Shown here piece after piece: positions 13,160 to 26,443 of a DNA stretch of 64,000 nt; positions within the stretch are counted from its first letter, which is position 1, and each line of letters begins with the position of its first letter. A program made the position numbers and the translations under genes. The notes under the pieces are model-generated. The model was not told the origin of the DNA. It made no database searches and was given only the letters and a program-made list of their open reading frames with translations. Location of the stretch: positions 14,910,330-14,974,329 of the forward strand of contig OZ316898.1 of the NCBI GenBank assembly GCA_973895155.1. Reading direction: 5' to 3'. Source of the DNA: Marsupella aquatica. Its lineage: Eukaryota; Plantae; Marchantiophyta.

Positions 13160-13997
13160 TGTGAGCTTTGATACAATTTATTATGTTGCAAGGTAACACT
13201 GTATTTGGGTTTTATCTTTCCTACATTATGGTGCTTCACATAATTCACTCCTCCAAAGAAGGGAGACTGTATGGGAAATCAATGCCGCCAAAAATACAAA
13301 GAGAAAATCACAAAAGTCTTTGGTGTAACAAAAGACACTGCACACGTTGATACTCATCAAGACCCACCAATTGCCATGTAGACTTAGGCAAACCTGAGCT
13401 GAAAGGACTGCCATCTCAAGGGACAGCCATCTACAGGCAAGAACACCCAGTCACACTATACTAACTGCTGAGATGAAATGTCTAGAAAAGGAAAGTGTCT
13501 ATCCGCTGTTCTTGAAAAGCCCCTCTGCACATGTGCACTTGTGGGAGTTATAAGAACTAGCCTGATTATACATTCCTTGAAAGTAAATAAAGAGTACCAG
13601 GGAAGACAAAAACAATACCTAGCATAAAAAAGGATTCACCCTTATTTCCTGTTCATAGTTGCCCCATCCCTAGTTGCCCTACCCCTCTTTTTGGTTTGCA
13701 CCCTCCATTCTCTCACTTAACGGTCTCGATGTTAGATGCGTCCCCTGTAGACCATGGCACCTTATTAGTTAGAACATAAAAAGTATCTAAAACATATAAA
13801 GTAGAGTGCAAGCTTCAATAATATATATTTAGTTACCATATTCAGAAAAATATTGTTTCCCACCCTACAGACAAAACTTACACATACTAGAGAAACGACA
13901 AACAAGCTCAACGGTCACTGTAGATCGAACCAAAATGATAGATTCACAATAATTAACGTCAAGACTAATTCAGACCTCTACGCCTCTGCCTGCGTTG

Positions 13998-14268
13998 TGT
14001 ACGCTGACTAGTTCGACTCCAACCCCAGAGCTTGCTTCGCAGTGAAAAGTAGGAAGGCATGAACAGTAGTCCCTTCTAATCTCTCATATATATGCATCAA
14101 TCTCACAGTGAAGTCTTGCCCGACGCACACTTTCCAGGAGCCTCAGTGTTGTATATTATCCATTTTCTCTTGCTAGTTATTGTTTGACTGTTTCCCCAGT
14201 GTTTTGTACGCTAACTAGTTCGACTCCAACCCCAGAGCTTGCTTCGCAGTGAAAAGTGTAGAAGGCAT
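13998..14268. repeat. ~60-bp direct repeat pair upstream of the BAHD gene
   Basis: TGTACGCT(G/A)ACTAGTTCGACTCCAACCCCAGAGCTTGCTTCGCAGTGAAAAGT at ~13998 and ~14206. Confidence 0.85.
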
Positions 14269-14512
14269 AGAGTGACAGACCCACGATTCCCACATACTCA
14301 TCTACAATCCAACCATCGAGGACTTTCTCGAGATTTTCTGGATCGGAGTCACTGAGAAAAGCTTTCATGCGATTTCATCCAGAAATATCGCAGTGAGAAA
14401 ATATTTCATTCGATTTTGTCGAGGAAACGATCCGACCTCGCCCGGGTTTAGAGCGCAGGATTCACGGTGAACAGACATCTTCAACGGTTAGGAGATACAG
14501 GATTATTCAAGC

Positions 14513-16417
14513 ATGGGGATTGTTTCTCTTCTGGAAGCGGAGTACTGCGGCACCAAGCAGGCACCGAAGTCGCCGACCGTCTTCGAGGAGCTTGAATCCG
14601 GAATGGGGGATGTAACGCTGAACGAATCCGCAGAAATAGACGCCAATGCTTCGGACCAGCAGTGCAAATCCAATTCGATGCTTGAGAGCGGGACTAGCCC
14701 CAAGACCGCATTTAAACGGTCTTGGTCGTTTACTGCGCCGCCGGATGAGAGGAAGGTAAAACTGGTAGACTTGAAGAAGCCTAGTTTCAATCTCAGGGTC
14801 GACGTGAACCGAGCTCTAGGGAGGTCGTGGTCATTCACGAAAACAACTCGAAGCCCGCTACCACAGCTGGATTCTCCGGCTAAGGATTTTTTTTCTCTTG
14901 AAGGAGAACCTGAAGAGACAGCGCAGAAAGTGGAAGAGATTCTACACAGTCCGTTAATGCCATCCATCAGCGAAGACGAAGACGCAAGTGAGGAATCCGA
15001 GCCTGTACGCGAGGACGTACAAGAAGTTCTGGAGAAGAAGCCGCTACCCAAGGCGAAGGCCCTCGCTAGAACGCTTGTGAAGCCATCGGTGTCCATCGAG
15101 GAACACTGGCTGACTCTTAGCCATCTAGACCGTGTCGTCAACCCCACATTCAGTAGCGTCATCCACTACTATGAGAATGTGATCAACGAGTCACAACCGT
15201 TCGTAGACATTACAAGCTTCCTTAAGGAGACACTGGCGAAGACGCTAGTGGACTTCTACCCTCTTGCCGGCCGACTCAAACTCCGGGAAGACGGCAAGGT
15301 AGATTTGCACTGCAACAACGAAGGTGTAGTGTGGATCGAGGCAACAGTGGCCGCTGACCTCAAGGATGTAGGAGGGGCGCAAGCAAATCATTTGCTGTCA
15401 GGGTTCGATGTTGCTAAACTTGGCCCTGGACCGCTCTACATCCCCGACCAGATCACTCCCATGCCGGTGCTAATCATCCAAGTCACAAAGTTCACTTGTG
15501 GCGCCATAGCTATTGCCACGAGCTGGCACCACACAATCGCGGATGGTTTCAGTGGCACTCACTTCTTGCGATCATGGTCCGAGGTTGCTCTTGGACAGCC
15601 CATCTCTCTCAAGCCTCAACATAATCGTTGTGTCTTGAAAGCTCGTGATCCCCCCAATCCGACTCTAGTGAATGGGTACAGTAGCGAGAGCTTGGACGAA
15701 ATATGTGGGGAAGGAGCAAAGGTGAGAACCGATGAGCCAGCGACCTTACAGAAGTTTGACCTCAGTAAAGAAAAGGTCGCCGAGCTGAAGCAACAGGCAA
15801 ATTTGCAGCCACCTCCGTTCACTCCACGTCCATTTACGTCCGCTGAATCTATCTCGGGTCACTTGTGGAAGCAAATGACCAAAGCGAGGGCTGCAGCGAA
15901 TTCTTATGGCGCAGAACAGGCGAAAGATCAGACGACCAAGTTCTTCATGTTCGTGGATGGGAGAAAGAGGCTCCGCCTCCAGCCAGGTTATTTTGGCAAT
16001 GTAGTGTGCAGCGCGTGCGCAGTAGCTAAGGAAGCTGATATCCTCAATAACCCACTGCACTACACAGCTAGTTTGATCAGAATTGCGACTAGGAATATCA
16101 CCGAGGAATACTTTAGATCGCTCATCGACTGGGTGGAGCTTCAAGGAATGGCCAGCTCCAAGTCCGAGCACGTCAATTCGCTGGGCCACGATGTTGCAGC
16201 CACTTTTTGGACATTCTTTCCTTTGTATGATATTGAATTCGGATGGGGCAGGCCGAAGTTTGCAGCCAGAAACTCTCCCCCTCGCGCACTCATTGACGGA
16301 ATCGCCATGATGCCCAATGCGGAGGGCAAAGGGATGGTAGCGCTTCTCAATCTGCACTCCGATCGCATGTCGAAGCTCCAGAGGCAGATCTCTTTCGCGA
16401 CAGTATTTCAAACATAA
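14513..16417 (+). CDS. BAHD-family acyltransferase with ~190-aa N-terminal extension
   Basis: Intact 634-aa ORF with FYPLAGRL, LIIQVTKFTCG, catalytic HxxxD (HTIAD), GYFGN and a DFGWG variant (EFGWG). Confidence 0.95.
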   Translation: MGIVSLLEAEYCGTKQAPKSPTVFEELESGMGDVTLNESAEIDANASDQQCKSNSMLESGTSPKTAFKRSWSFTAPPDERKVKLVDLKKPSFNLRVDVNRALGRSWSFTKTTRSPLPQLDSPAKDFFSLEGEPEETAQKVEEILHSPLMPSISEDEDASEESEPVREDVQEVLEKKPLPKAKALARTLVKPSVSIEEHWLTLSHLDRVVNPTFSSVIHYYENVINESQPFVDITSFLKETLAKTLVDFYPLAGRLKLREDGKVDLHCNNEGVVWIEATVAADLKDVGGAQANHLLSGFDVAKLGPGPLYIPDQITPMPVLIIQVTKFTCGAIAIATSWHHTIADGFSGTHFLRSWSEVALGQPISLKPQHNRCVLKARDPPNPTLVNGYSSESLDEICGEGAKVRTDEPATLQKFDLSKEKVAELKQQANLQPPPFTPRPFTSAESISGHLWKQMTKARAAANSYGAEQAKDQTTKFFMFVDGRKRLRLQPGYFGNVVCSACAVAKEADILNNPLHYTASLIRIATRNITEEYFRSLIDWVELQGMASSKSEHVNSLGHDVAATFWTFFPLYDIEFGWGRPKFAARNSPPRALIDGIAMMPNAEGKGMVALLNLHSDRMSKLQRQISFATVFQT

Positions 16418-17719
16418 TATTTTGAACAAATGGCTGAGTTTGTATTCTTCATCCAACCTAGCTCGTCCCCGAAGCACTCGTTCACATGAATAACTAAACC
16501 TCGCTTTCATATTCTCACGTGCTACTCGACACGAAGATGCTCAAGGTAGTTCTTTAAACTTCTTGTGATTTTTCGCCGGGCAGTCGGCCGGCCTCAGTTG
16601 CGTCCCCTGCTGCACCTGCAATTGGTAGGAACGTATGATCCAAAGTTTGCGCACAGCGGGAGATGATTTACTGACTCACACCTGGCCTCCTAGACGAGGG
16701 AGAAGCCCTTAACTGGGAATCCAGCAATCTCAGTACACTCTTTTGCGGCAGCGACCATCTTCGGCATTATTTTATAGTTTGAGGTGGAGTTTGTAGCGTG
16801 GTCATTGCGGGGAACGTTTGGATCTCCAATCCGGGAAAAGGTAGACTTAAGCCATCCAGTATGTCGCAACGAATGTCTGCTCTCAGGTACAGAAGCGTAA
16901 AAACATCCCATCTACCGAAGCTCAAAACGGTAGCGTCGAGCTGGTTCGTAGAAGTACTTGAGGCGCACCGAAAATAATTTGAGACATTGTACAGGATGAC
17001 CATCAACATTTAAATTAGTCTTGTAGAGATTTTTTCGGGGACTGAGGAATTGTAAATGTGCCACAAATAATCAGTACAAACCATGCCCGGCCTGTACATA
17101 TTGTACAAACGCATACACAGCCTCATTCAAGGCATGTCTCAACTTTCATCTCGGACTCGTGTACAGTGGATTGCATTCCCAGCATCCGCATCCGTAGATT
17201 GTTGGCTGAACTTTAGTACTGGAAGTGGAGGCCCGCAATTGGCCCCAGAACGTGTTGTAGCAAGGTATTGTGCAAATCAGTCTATTGTGCCGCATAATTT
17301 TGGTCACGCGCCTGGCATGAAATGGCTTCTGACTGTGAACACATGTGGGTACGTGAGCAACTTCGCATCCTAGCCGATGCTAGTAGATCACACAATCATT
17401 ACCATGTTCAGACTAAATCGATTGCTTCTTTCCGGGTAGCAGGTCTGTGTACGCGGACTGTTCCTCACACAATGTCACCTTCATTGGCATCTGAGCGACC
17501 ACTTTGTGAGAATTGAACTATTGCCAAGAGTTTTACAAATTCACGAGCGCCTGCTTCACGGAAGTGGCTATTTCGTTCGAACATAAATTAATCGGTGGAA
17601 CAGGGATGTGCACCTTCAGAATTTGTGGCATCAAGTCCCTAGATGTGTGTTTCGAGTACGCGAATATTGTTCATGTAGAGATTTTGCTCCTGCCGTTTTC
17701 CTTTTTTATAAACAACAAT

Positions 17720-18480
17720 TTCAAAACAAGAAGTACCCCTCCGGTGTGCTTAGGCAGAAAAAGTCACAAAGGGCCCAAGACTTTTCGGAAAGTCACCCTC
17801 ACACATGCCCCAATTACTGGGAACTTTACAATAAGAGTGGCCCTCCTCAAACAATCGTAAGTGCACAATACTTTTGGTAAAGCAACCCTCACACTTGCCT
17901 GGGACTTCTTACAGGAAGAAGTGGCTACAGGAAGAAGTGGCTCCAGGTCACTTTGGTGAGAAAAAGTCACAAGTGCCCCAAATTCTTTTAAGGCCACCTA
18001 CTGGGTGGAGATCTCAAACAAGAACTGGCTCTCCAGTTTGCTTTGACAGAAAAAGTCACAAGTGCCCCTGACTTATTGTAAAACCGGCCTCACTCGCCTA
18101 TCTTGAGTGGCTTTTCTGAACAAAAAGTGCCCCATCAGTTTACTTTGCTGAAAAAAACTCACAGGTGCCCCCTACTTTCGTAAAGTCACCTTCACTCATA
18201 GCTGGGAACTTGGGAACAAGAAGTGGCCGTCTAGTCGCCTCTGGTGAAAAAAAGTCACGAGTGCCCCAGACTTCTTGTACAGTCACGCTCCCACTTGTCC
18301 CGTGAATCTCTGGGGACTTCATACCCAACTTTCTCACAAGTGCCCCCTACTTCTAGGAAGTCATCTTCACACTTGTCCGTAAATGGCCGAGGACTTCATA
18401 ACAAGAAGTCTGCCTGCAATTTGCTTTCGTGAAAAAAAATCACAAGTGCATCGGACCACTTGTATAGCCAAACTCACTTA
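17720..18480. repeat. Degenerate tandem repeat with AAAAAGTCACAAGTGCCCC core
   Basis: About 7-8 copies of the core with semi-conserved ACAAGAAGTGGC and TCACACTTG segments between them. Confidence 0.75.
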
Positions 18481-19769
18481 ATTGACCGCCACATTTCAAT
18501 TTGGCTGCCGTCGCCAGACTTCGAATCATTAGGAAAATCACTTCTTGGTCTCAAGGAGTCGAGGACCGATCGGGCAACGCAAAAACCACGAGCTACCGAC
18601 TTTTTCAGTGTTTTTGGAAGACATCTTCACATCCTGAACAGGGCCAGGTTACGACAATCTATCGTCGAATATCACCGATGGAAACATTTAGGGTGTACTG
18701 AACCCTTTAGGCTTCACGTGATCTGACAATCTTCAATTTTGAGACGAATGAAAGAATTGTCTACTGTATATCTTGCCCCTTAATCCTTGTCAACTGCCAT
18801 CATGCCGATTCGCAATGTCCTCTTTATGGAATTTGAACAACTGAGCCTGCAAGTAAAGGCTTTTTCAATAATGATGCTTGTCCTTTATTTCAGTTCAGCA
18901 GTACTCAGACTACTCATACCAATATGATCGATAAAATCGTATCAAAATGGATCTCCGGTTCATGTTCGGAATCTCGTGTGCCAGAATGCCACGGTTGCCC
19001 TTTGCTGTGGTTGGTCAGGGCAGCCACTTTGTTGCATCAGCCCATGTTCTTGAGAATTCTGCACTGTTAGGTTGATGCAGACACACAGTGGCCACCGTGA
19101 AGAGGTTTGCTTGGTTCGTCTGTGCTAAGGGGAAACTGGCCCTCCAGATTCCTATCTAATCCAATCATGACTATCAGATCTCCCCTGATTTACATTGCGG
19201 CTAGTGAATCTGTGGTGGAGTAGAATAGTGGCCAATAAATCTGATGAAGGCGGAATTTAGCTAATTTTCGCCACCACACATTGTACAAGGTGTGCACCTC
19301 CCACGAAAGTAGAGTAGTACACTACAGTATACCATCAAGCATTCAAGCTGGTCAAGTAGGTTTAGTTAGCCACTAGAAATCCTTCCTCCCCTTGGCCCCA
19401 CAGGATTCGCCGCAACTTCAAGCTCCTACAAGATGCCTATTTATCCTTGGTGGTATAGGCTGCTTTGTATTTATAACAGTTGACTTCCAAGACAAAACAA
19501 GCTACAATTTTTCAAATGACAGAGAAACACTTTTATTTCAAAAGCAGGGTGAAAAACCTCAAGACAAACAACTTGACCCTCTCCCAAATTTTCCACCTGT
19601 AAATTAGATGCCCTTTATCTAGAACAACAAGGCGTGACGAGCTAAGATCGAATTATTTGCCGGGGGCAGAAAGAATTATTTCATTGGGAGTAGTGTATAG
19701 TCCAAGAAACACTGTATGTGATTGATATCTACGTACTACGTAGTCTATCTTTATACAGGAATGCCAGGC

Positions 19770-20290
19770 TTTGGAACAGAGTAGACTTTGAAATCCAAAG
19801 GTGAAACCCTTGATTGTATACAGTGAACGAGGAACTGTCTGTCAACTGTTTGTCTCTTTGCAATTTGCAAAAGGCAAAGAGTCAAAAGATTGCAAACAGT
19901 AAACGAGGAAATGTTGGGCTCTGTGCAAAGGCCAAAGAGTCAAAGGTTATTGTGCGCTTTACATGTGTGACACCAGAACTCCAGAAGAATGCTCTGACAG
20001 TCTGACGACTTTGGAACAAAACAAGACTTTGAAACCCAACGGTGAAATTGTTGATTATAAACAGGAAACGAGGAACTGTTGGCCTCTTTGCATGCTAAGA
20101 GGTAAGAGTCCAAGACTATCGTGAGCTTTGCAGAAACAAGGACAATAGTAGACACCAGAAGTCCAGAAGACTGCTTCGACGACTTTCGGACAAAACAAGA
20201 CTTTGAAACCCAACGGAGAACCCTCGATTGTAAACAGAAAACGAGCAAAATTGGCCTTTCGCGAAGAACAAAGAGTCAAAGATTATTGTC
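19770..20290. repeat. Degenerate ~170-240-bp tandem repeat, 3 copies
   Basis: ACAAAACAAGACTTTGAAACCCAACGG...AACGAG...AGAGTC recurs at ~19776, ~20017 and ~20190. Confidence 0.75.
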
Positions 20291-21327
20291 TGCTTGTAGA
20301 CTGTAGACGCACGAGGATGCTCCATAGTCCATTCTCACCAAACGAAAGCTCGACTGACATGGGGACATGGACGACCTCTCTAACAGCAGTGTATATCATT
20401 TGGTATGACCCACCCAAAGGTCAGGGCAGGACTGAAAATGCACGCCGCTGACTCAGGAGGGTGTCTCAACGCTGACAATTTGATGGACCAACTATAAGGA
20501 CACAAAAAATTATGGCCCACTTCTAGTAGATTCATAGCTTTTTGCCATTGATTTTATGCCATTACCATTAGTCACTCCAAGACTGGTGAAAGAAAAAACA
20601 AAAAAAAATCTTATATAGCCTTGTGAAAGAGTGATGGCCATTTCTTTATGGCTAGCGTGCTTTGAGACCAGACTCCCTAGTAAATAATTAAATAAAAAAT
20701 AATTTTATTTATATAGTATCAACTATAAGCTAGAGTTGGGGTCTAGGCTTTTAGAATGAAAATTCTAATAATTCCATGATCCATGGGAAACCTCATGAGT
20801 ATGATATATGTCCAATATAAAATGAGTATGATTTCTATTTATATTAAAAAAGGATGAGTATGATATATGTCCAATATAAAATGAGTATGATTTCTATTTA
20901 TATTAAAAAAGGAGTTGTATGGTCCCACCTGTGCATAGAAGGAAGGAGTGATGTGCATAAAAACGAGTGGTATGTTATATATGCTTATTAGAATCATGAC
21001 ATTCATGATAATTTTTTTTATCATTTCATCAACCTTCAGAAAATGAGAATAAGAAGTATATTTTGGTGACATTTTTATTGTACTCAGGACTATTCACCTT
21101 CAAAGAAAGAACCCCAATTTAAGGAATACTGAAGTATTAGATTAATTTCAATTTTATCTAAATATTATTAGTTAATGAATGATCAACCTCTTTAACATTT
21201 GGTGGGATAGTCAAAAATTTTAAATGTTTTGTTGCAAGATCTTTATAACAATGCATCACTAAATGACATCAAGTACCTCTTGATCCATGCACAAATTCTT
21301 AATTAAACTGTCATTCATTGTTTCAAT

Positions 21328-21905
21328 TGTCTATTTAATCATTATAGGGTTGAATACAAAAAAGATTGACACACACGAGGGTGCGTGACCTACAATCATA
21401 GTAAGTACCACCCTTTAATTAGTTAGTTTCTTTACAACAATTAATAGGATTGTTGTATATTACAATGTCTACTGGGCATTCATTTGAATGTCAATAATAT
21501 CATGCCTTAACATCACCAAACTAAGGCACCACTAACTAATATTATATCTTAAATAAACTAACTAACTAACTAACTTGTCTATTTAATTACTATAGGGTTG
21601 AATACAAAAAAGATTGACACGCACCAGGGTGCGTGACCTACAATCATAGTATCACCCTTTAATTAGTTAGTTTCTATTGCTTTGACTCAATCAGGCATGG
21701 AACCATATAAAATCAGAAATCATTGAAAGTTGAGTTCACTTGAAGGTGTAACTATAATTATTATTTATTAATAGGATTGTTGTATATTACAATGTCTACT
21801 CGACATTCATTTGAATGTCAATAATATCATGCCTTAATATCACCAAACTAAGGCCCCACTAACTAATATTATATCTTAAATAAACTAACCAACTAACTAA
21901 CTTAG
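21328..21905. repeat. ~245-bp direct repeat pair (second copy has an insertion), each with one motif-A palindrome
   Basis: TGTCTATTTAAT...TATAGGGTTGAATACAAAAAAGATTGAC at ~21328 and ~21576. Motifs at 21371-21386 and 21619-21634. Confidence 0.85.
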
Positions 21906-21997
21906 ACAATAAGACTTGTCTAAACTTGAGTTCTCTGGCTACTACTATTCTGAGTTGCCTTTTAAACTATATGCTAAACTACATGCTTCATTACTGT

Positions 21998-24900
21998 CTA
22001 GGATTTGTCACTTGCTATGCATGTCAAGAGATAGTCTCTTGCCTTGGCAGCAACATTCTTTGGAATTCCTACCAGCCCTGTCACTGGTCCTTTGCGTACT
22101 TTGAAACACCACAAGGCAGAGGAAACATCTATTGTCTCAGCTTCCTTGTATATTGGAGCTAGATCACGTTCCCATTTCTTATCCCAAGAATCTGCCCACC
22201 GCTCTCTTGGCTGCCAGTCTGATTGACCACGTTGCTTCTTTGCCATAAATGGTCTAAACCACTCAACGCCACATACATGAGTAAGAAGGTTTTTGTTCAT
22301 TCACTGGTCCTCTACCATATCTGTAACAACTAACCCCATATGGACGGGATAAACATCCAGGTCTGAGTCGTCCGGCCGTACCAACACATAACAGCCCTTC
22401 ACAACATCAACCCTAGGGTTAAAACTCTCAGGAGGTTTATCTTTTGCTGGTCCCACATAATCCACTGTTGCCTCCAACTCACATGCCACATTTCGATATT
22501 CTGGTGGAACGTGCTCTCTCCATATTGATAAAGGCCAAAACCCGTATTCCAAGTTGTGTGCACCTTCAGGTTCATATTGCACCTGCTCACCCTGTAGAGT
22601 ATCTATAATGTCATTCCAATAATTGATGAGAGTTGTCCAACGTCGCTTTGGTTCTTCCTCTTTTGTTCGCTTTAGAATAAACTCAAAGAATGACACATGC
22701 TTCTTCAACCCTATCAGCACTTCAGGAAGCATTTTCAACTCCATCATTGGTAGCCGTTTGGGCACCCCAATTGGGATGTGAGGACTTTTGTCATCTTTCC
22801 ATGACCACATTTCAATACCTTCCTTGGGTAACCATCCCTGATCAGTTGATTTCATTTTGTATTGGAAGCATGGCATACTATCATGACGAACATAGAACCT
22901 AAACAGCCTGGGTTTTAAATGCCCCACCAATGCCTCAGGGCCCTTCAACATGAATGGAGCTAAGTAGTTTTTGAAATCTAGGACCTCCTGTAGAAAATGT
23001 GGGGCTGCATTGGGTGTCCTTGCTCTCATGAACAAGGACATTAACTCAGGCAATGAGTATGTAGGGTTATGCATCATTCACTCTGAAAAATGCCCGAACA
23101 TACCGTCAACGTCCTCATGAGTATGCCCAACCACCATAAAACCAAGATGAACCTCTTCAAACACCTCCCTTGCCGTCAACAATGACAAATAAGCCATCAT
23201 GTATTTGTTCTTGTTGTCTGAGGCACAATTATCCAGTTGTAGCTTCAATACTCGTGGAAGGGGCCTGAACTTTGGTGCCTCAGGTGCTGCATCACAATGT
23301 AACAATCTCAGAATACTTTTAAATAAAACCCTAGTCAGACCCTAAACCCCAATTTAGGGTTTAGGGTTTAAACCCTATTAATGAAACCTTGGCTAGGAGG
23401 AGCAACAACTACACAAAGTAGAGTGTCAGTGTTGTGAGCTTATATATTATTAAATAATAATAAATTAAAGGATTGTGAGTAAAGTACCTAGGCTTGAGAT
23501 GTAGGCAATGTCATCCTCAAATGCTCTAAGGACACTTGCCTCCAAGATATCTTTTCTCCCAAAAAGGAGGTCTTTAAAAAGACTTGTCGAGTCTGGCCCC
23601 TCCACAAGTGATTTGATCATTGGATTTGGGTTTTCCAACATCCTTAGTATTGAATCAATTGACCCAATAGTGATGTTGACATCACCTGGCCACACTCCAA
23701 CATGATATTGGGCTATGGCCTTGGGACCATGACCATGAGTAAGGATACCAGTGACAGTAATTGGGAACTTTTGGGCACCATCCACATGCTTAGGATTGAA
23801 GGGCATTCTTGGGAGAGTTGTCTTTGAATGATCCATCTTATCATGAATAAGGCATAACATTTCCTTTGGACGATGGATGGACTCATATCTCCAGGTATGA
23901 TAGCACATTCTTTGCTGTGTGTGGTCTTGGTGATGTTCCTCCTTGTCACGCCTTAGGCCCTCTAACTCTTCCTTAGCTCCTGTAAGGTTTGCTTTCCGTT
24001 GAAGCAACTCACTACAAGTTGTACACTTTGAAAAGTTGTTGCCCTTTTTGTGACGCAAGAACTCCCTGAAATACATCTGATGTAGATGACTCAAGGTGGG
24101 TTGGGAAATTGGAGGAAGACCAGCCTCTTTGTTGACAACATTAACCCTATTTCTAATATTCTCCCAAGTAGGATTTGTTGGCAATTCCCTCAAAATCATC
24201 TTTGTATTATCTGCCATGGTTCTCAACTTGGCTGGATGATGATCAGCTGCCTCCTCAATAATCTCTTTCATTGACATGAACGCTTGAGATAATTTCTCGG
24301 ACATATGCCTTTTTCCAGCATTACCATGGGTACCTATGTTCATTCCAGCCATCACAGTCTTCTTCAAGGCATAAAATTGAGTCTTTCCTCTTGAATGAAT
24401 GATTCTCCATGCCTCCAAGCACAATACTTTGCCCTCCACTGCTAGAATCCTTTCTCCAGTACCCAAGTGTATTGTATTTTTAATAGCCTTGATTTCCTCC
24501 TCCTTGCGCTCCGCAAAAGATTTTGACCACCACTTTTGCCTAATTGCCATAGCCAAGTTGCGGTCCAAATATTGGCAACAATGTTCACTACAACAGTCCT
24601 TAGTGTTTATCAACAACACATCTTGACATGCCAAAGATGTGTCTCTTCTAGATGTCTGGGAAGATGAACTCTTTCTTTTCCTACTTTTATGGACGTAGGA
24701 CCGCTTGCCACTTGTTGGAGATGTGTTCCCTCCCACAGCTTGCCTGATGTTGTGGAAAGACAACAAGTTGTGCCATCCTTGGCAAAGAGTTGGTCCATCG
24801 ACCAAGATTTTAAGCAATCTCTATGCTTCAGATGATCTATGGTAGCTCCCTCGACAAAATTGTTGATCAGAATTCCCACATGTGTATTCCCAAGGGTGAC

Positions 24901-25377
24901 ATCCCCAAGCTTCACTATAGGATCTAGAACATGTATAGTTGCCACTGCAAAAATCAACTTGTTCTCATCCACCACCTTTATAGGCATGCCCATCCACAAG
25001 GCCTTTGGTAAAACTACTTCCACACCAGACCGACTCTCATTATGGTTGTTCCCATCAGAATTTTGATTGACTGGATCTTGATCATCACCAACAGTGCCAA
25101 ACACATCCTCCGATTCCATGGGAGATAAAAAAAGCTGATTCCTTTCCCATACAAGGTAACCCCCAATCATGTCCTTCAAAAGTTCGCCATCTTCGCAGAG
25201 AATGGTCTCATCAAAAACTTCCTCCAATAGAAGAAGAACTTTGTCCACCCCAAGAGGAACATTGTGACAAACCCTGGAAGGATCAAGACTTATCACGCGA
25301 CCTTTTCCAACCTGTTTCTCACGTATGCCTATTATAACTTGTCCGCCTTCCCTGATCCAGACTGTCGATGTCACCAT
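21998..25377 (-). pseudogene. Sola-like (DUF7869-type) DDD transposase with two N-terminal En/Spm Tnp1-like beta domains and a C-terminal SH3/Tudor-like region
   Basis: FSKCTTC, LIHDKMDHSKT, LQLDNCASDNKNK and FMVVGHTHEDVDGMFG. N-terminal GKGRV...CHNVPLG...LVW pattern occurs twice. Intron ~23310-23490; internal stops and a frameshift. Confidence 0.75.
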
Positions 25378-25419
25378 AATAATTATGATCCTGCACATCA
25401 GAGAATATCACTGTAAGCG

Positions 25420-26130
25420 TACAGTCCTGTCACGTCCGTCAACTTCACTGCACTACATTGTCCTGTCACGTTGGTCAACAAGCAGAATGTAGTCAATGCA
25501 TTGCACTGCACGCGACTGGTCGCGTGACCCTAGAGGTACCACACATACCGGCAACAGACTATGCATGGTCCGTTAGTCATTTCAAGTGAATGAGAATGAC
25601 CACAATCGATTACGATCAATCATTTCACATCCACTTAGAACAAATGAGTGGACAGTACCAGTTTACCAATGAGTGGACACTGGACAATCAGTAACTATTG
25701 AGGAAGTATGTAATGCTAATAAGCGCCAGTAAAACATCCGTTAACTGCATTGTCTTGTCACGACCGTCAATAAGTAAGCAGAATGTAGTCAATGCACTGC
25801 CCTGCACGCGACTAGTCGTGTGACCTTAGTCAGAGGGTGTAGGGATAATAGGGTCTACGACGTAGAAGCTAGAAGCCTAGGCCCAAACTCTAGCTCGTAC
25901 TTGGTACTTCATAAGTAAGATACAATTGCGCGTGAGACAGGAAGATAAATTACGGATCTGAAGGCATCACACATACCGGTAACAGATTATGCATGGTCCG
26001 TCAGTCATTTCAAGTGAATGAGAACGACTACAATTGATTACGAACAATCATTTCAACTCCACTCAGAAAAAATGAGTGGACAGTACCAGTTTACCAATGA
26101 GTGGACACCGGACAGTCAGTAATTACTGAC
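25420..26130. repeat. Duplicated blocks in the divergent promoter region of element A
   Basis: CACACATACCGG...GAGTGGACA at ~25541 and ~25968. GCAGAATGTAGTCAATGCA...CACGCGACT at ~25482 and ~25778, each with motif A. Confidence 0.8.
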
Positions 26131-26443
26131 CCTCATAAGAAATCTTAGTACTTCACTAGCAATCAGTATTCCTGGGGCGGTCGCCAAACGTGAAATTAAA
26201 GCCATAATTAGAGGACAACTGAACTTCCTGCCAATTCTAATACGCGCCAGTCAAACGCACACTCTCTTCTAGAAACCACTATCTACAATGACTAGTGGAG
26301 ACTAAATAGTATAAAGCATTGAGATGATCCTTACTGCTCATTCCCTCACGCATTCCACTTTTTGGCTACTGGATAATCTATTCGCACATCAGCTCTCTCA
26401 TTTCCAATTCTTAGTCTCGGTCCGCATCTCTTGTTTGAAGGGC

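Noticed and set aside
14503-16510. Antisense ORFs overlapping the BAHD gene
   Set aside because: Shadow frames of a genuine CDS.
20600-21370. Left terminus of element A
   Set aside because: The AT-rich transition and a 59-bp duplication are suggestive, but no TIR or TSD can be assigned without the right end.
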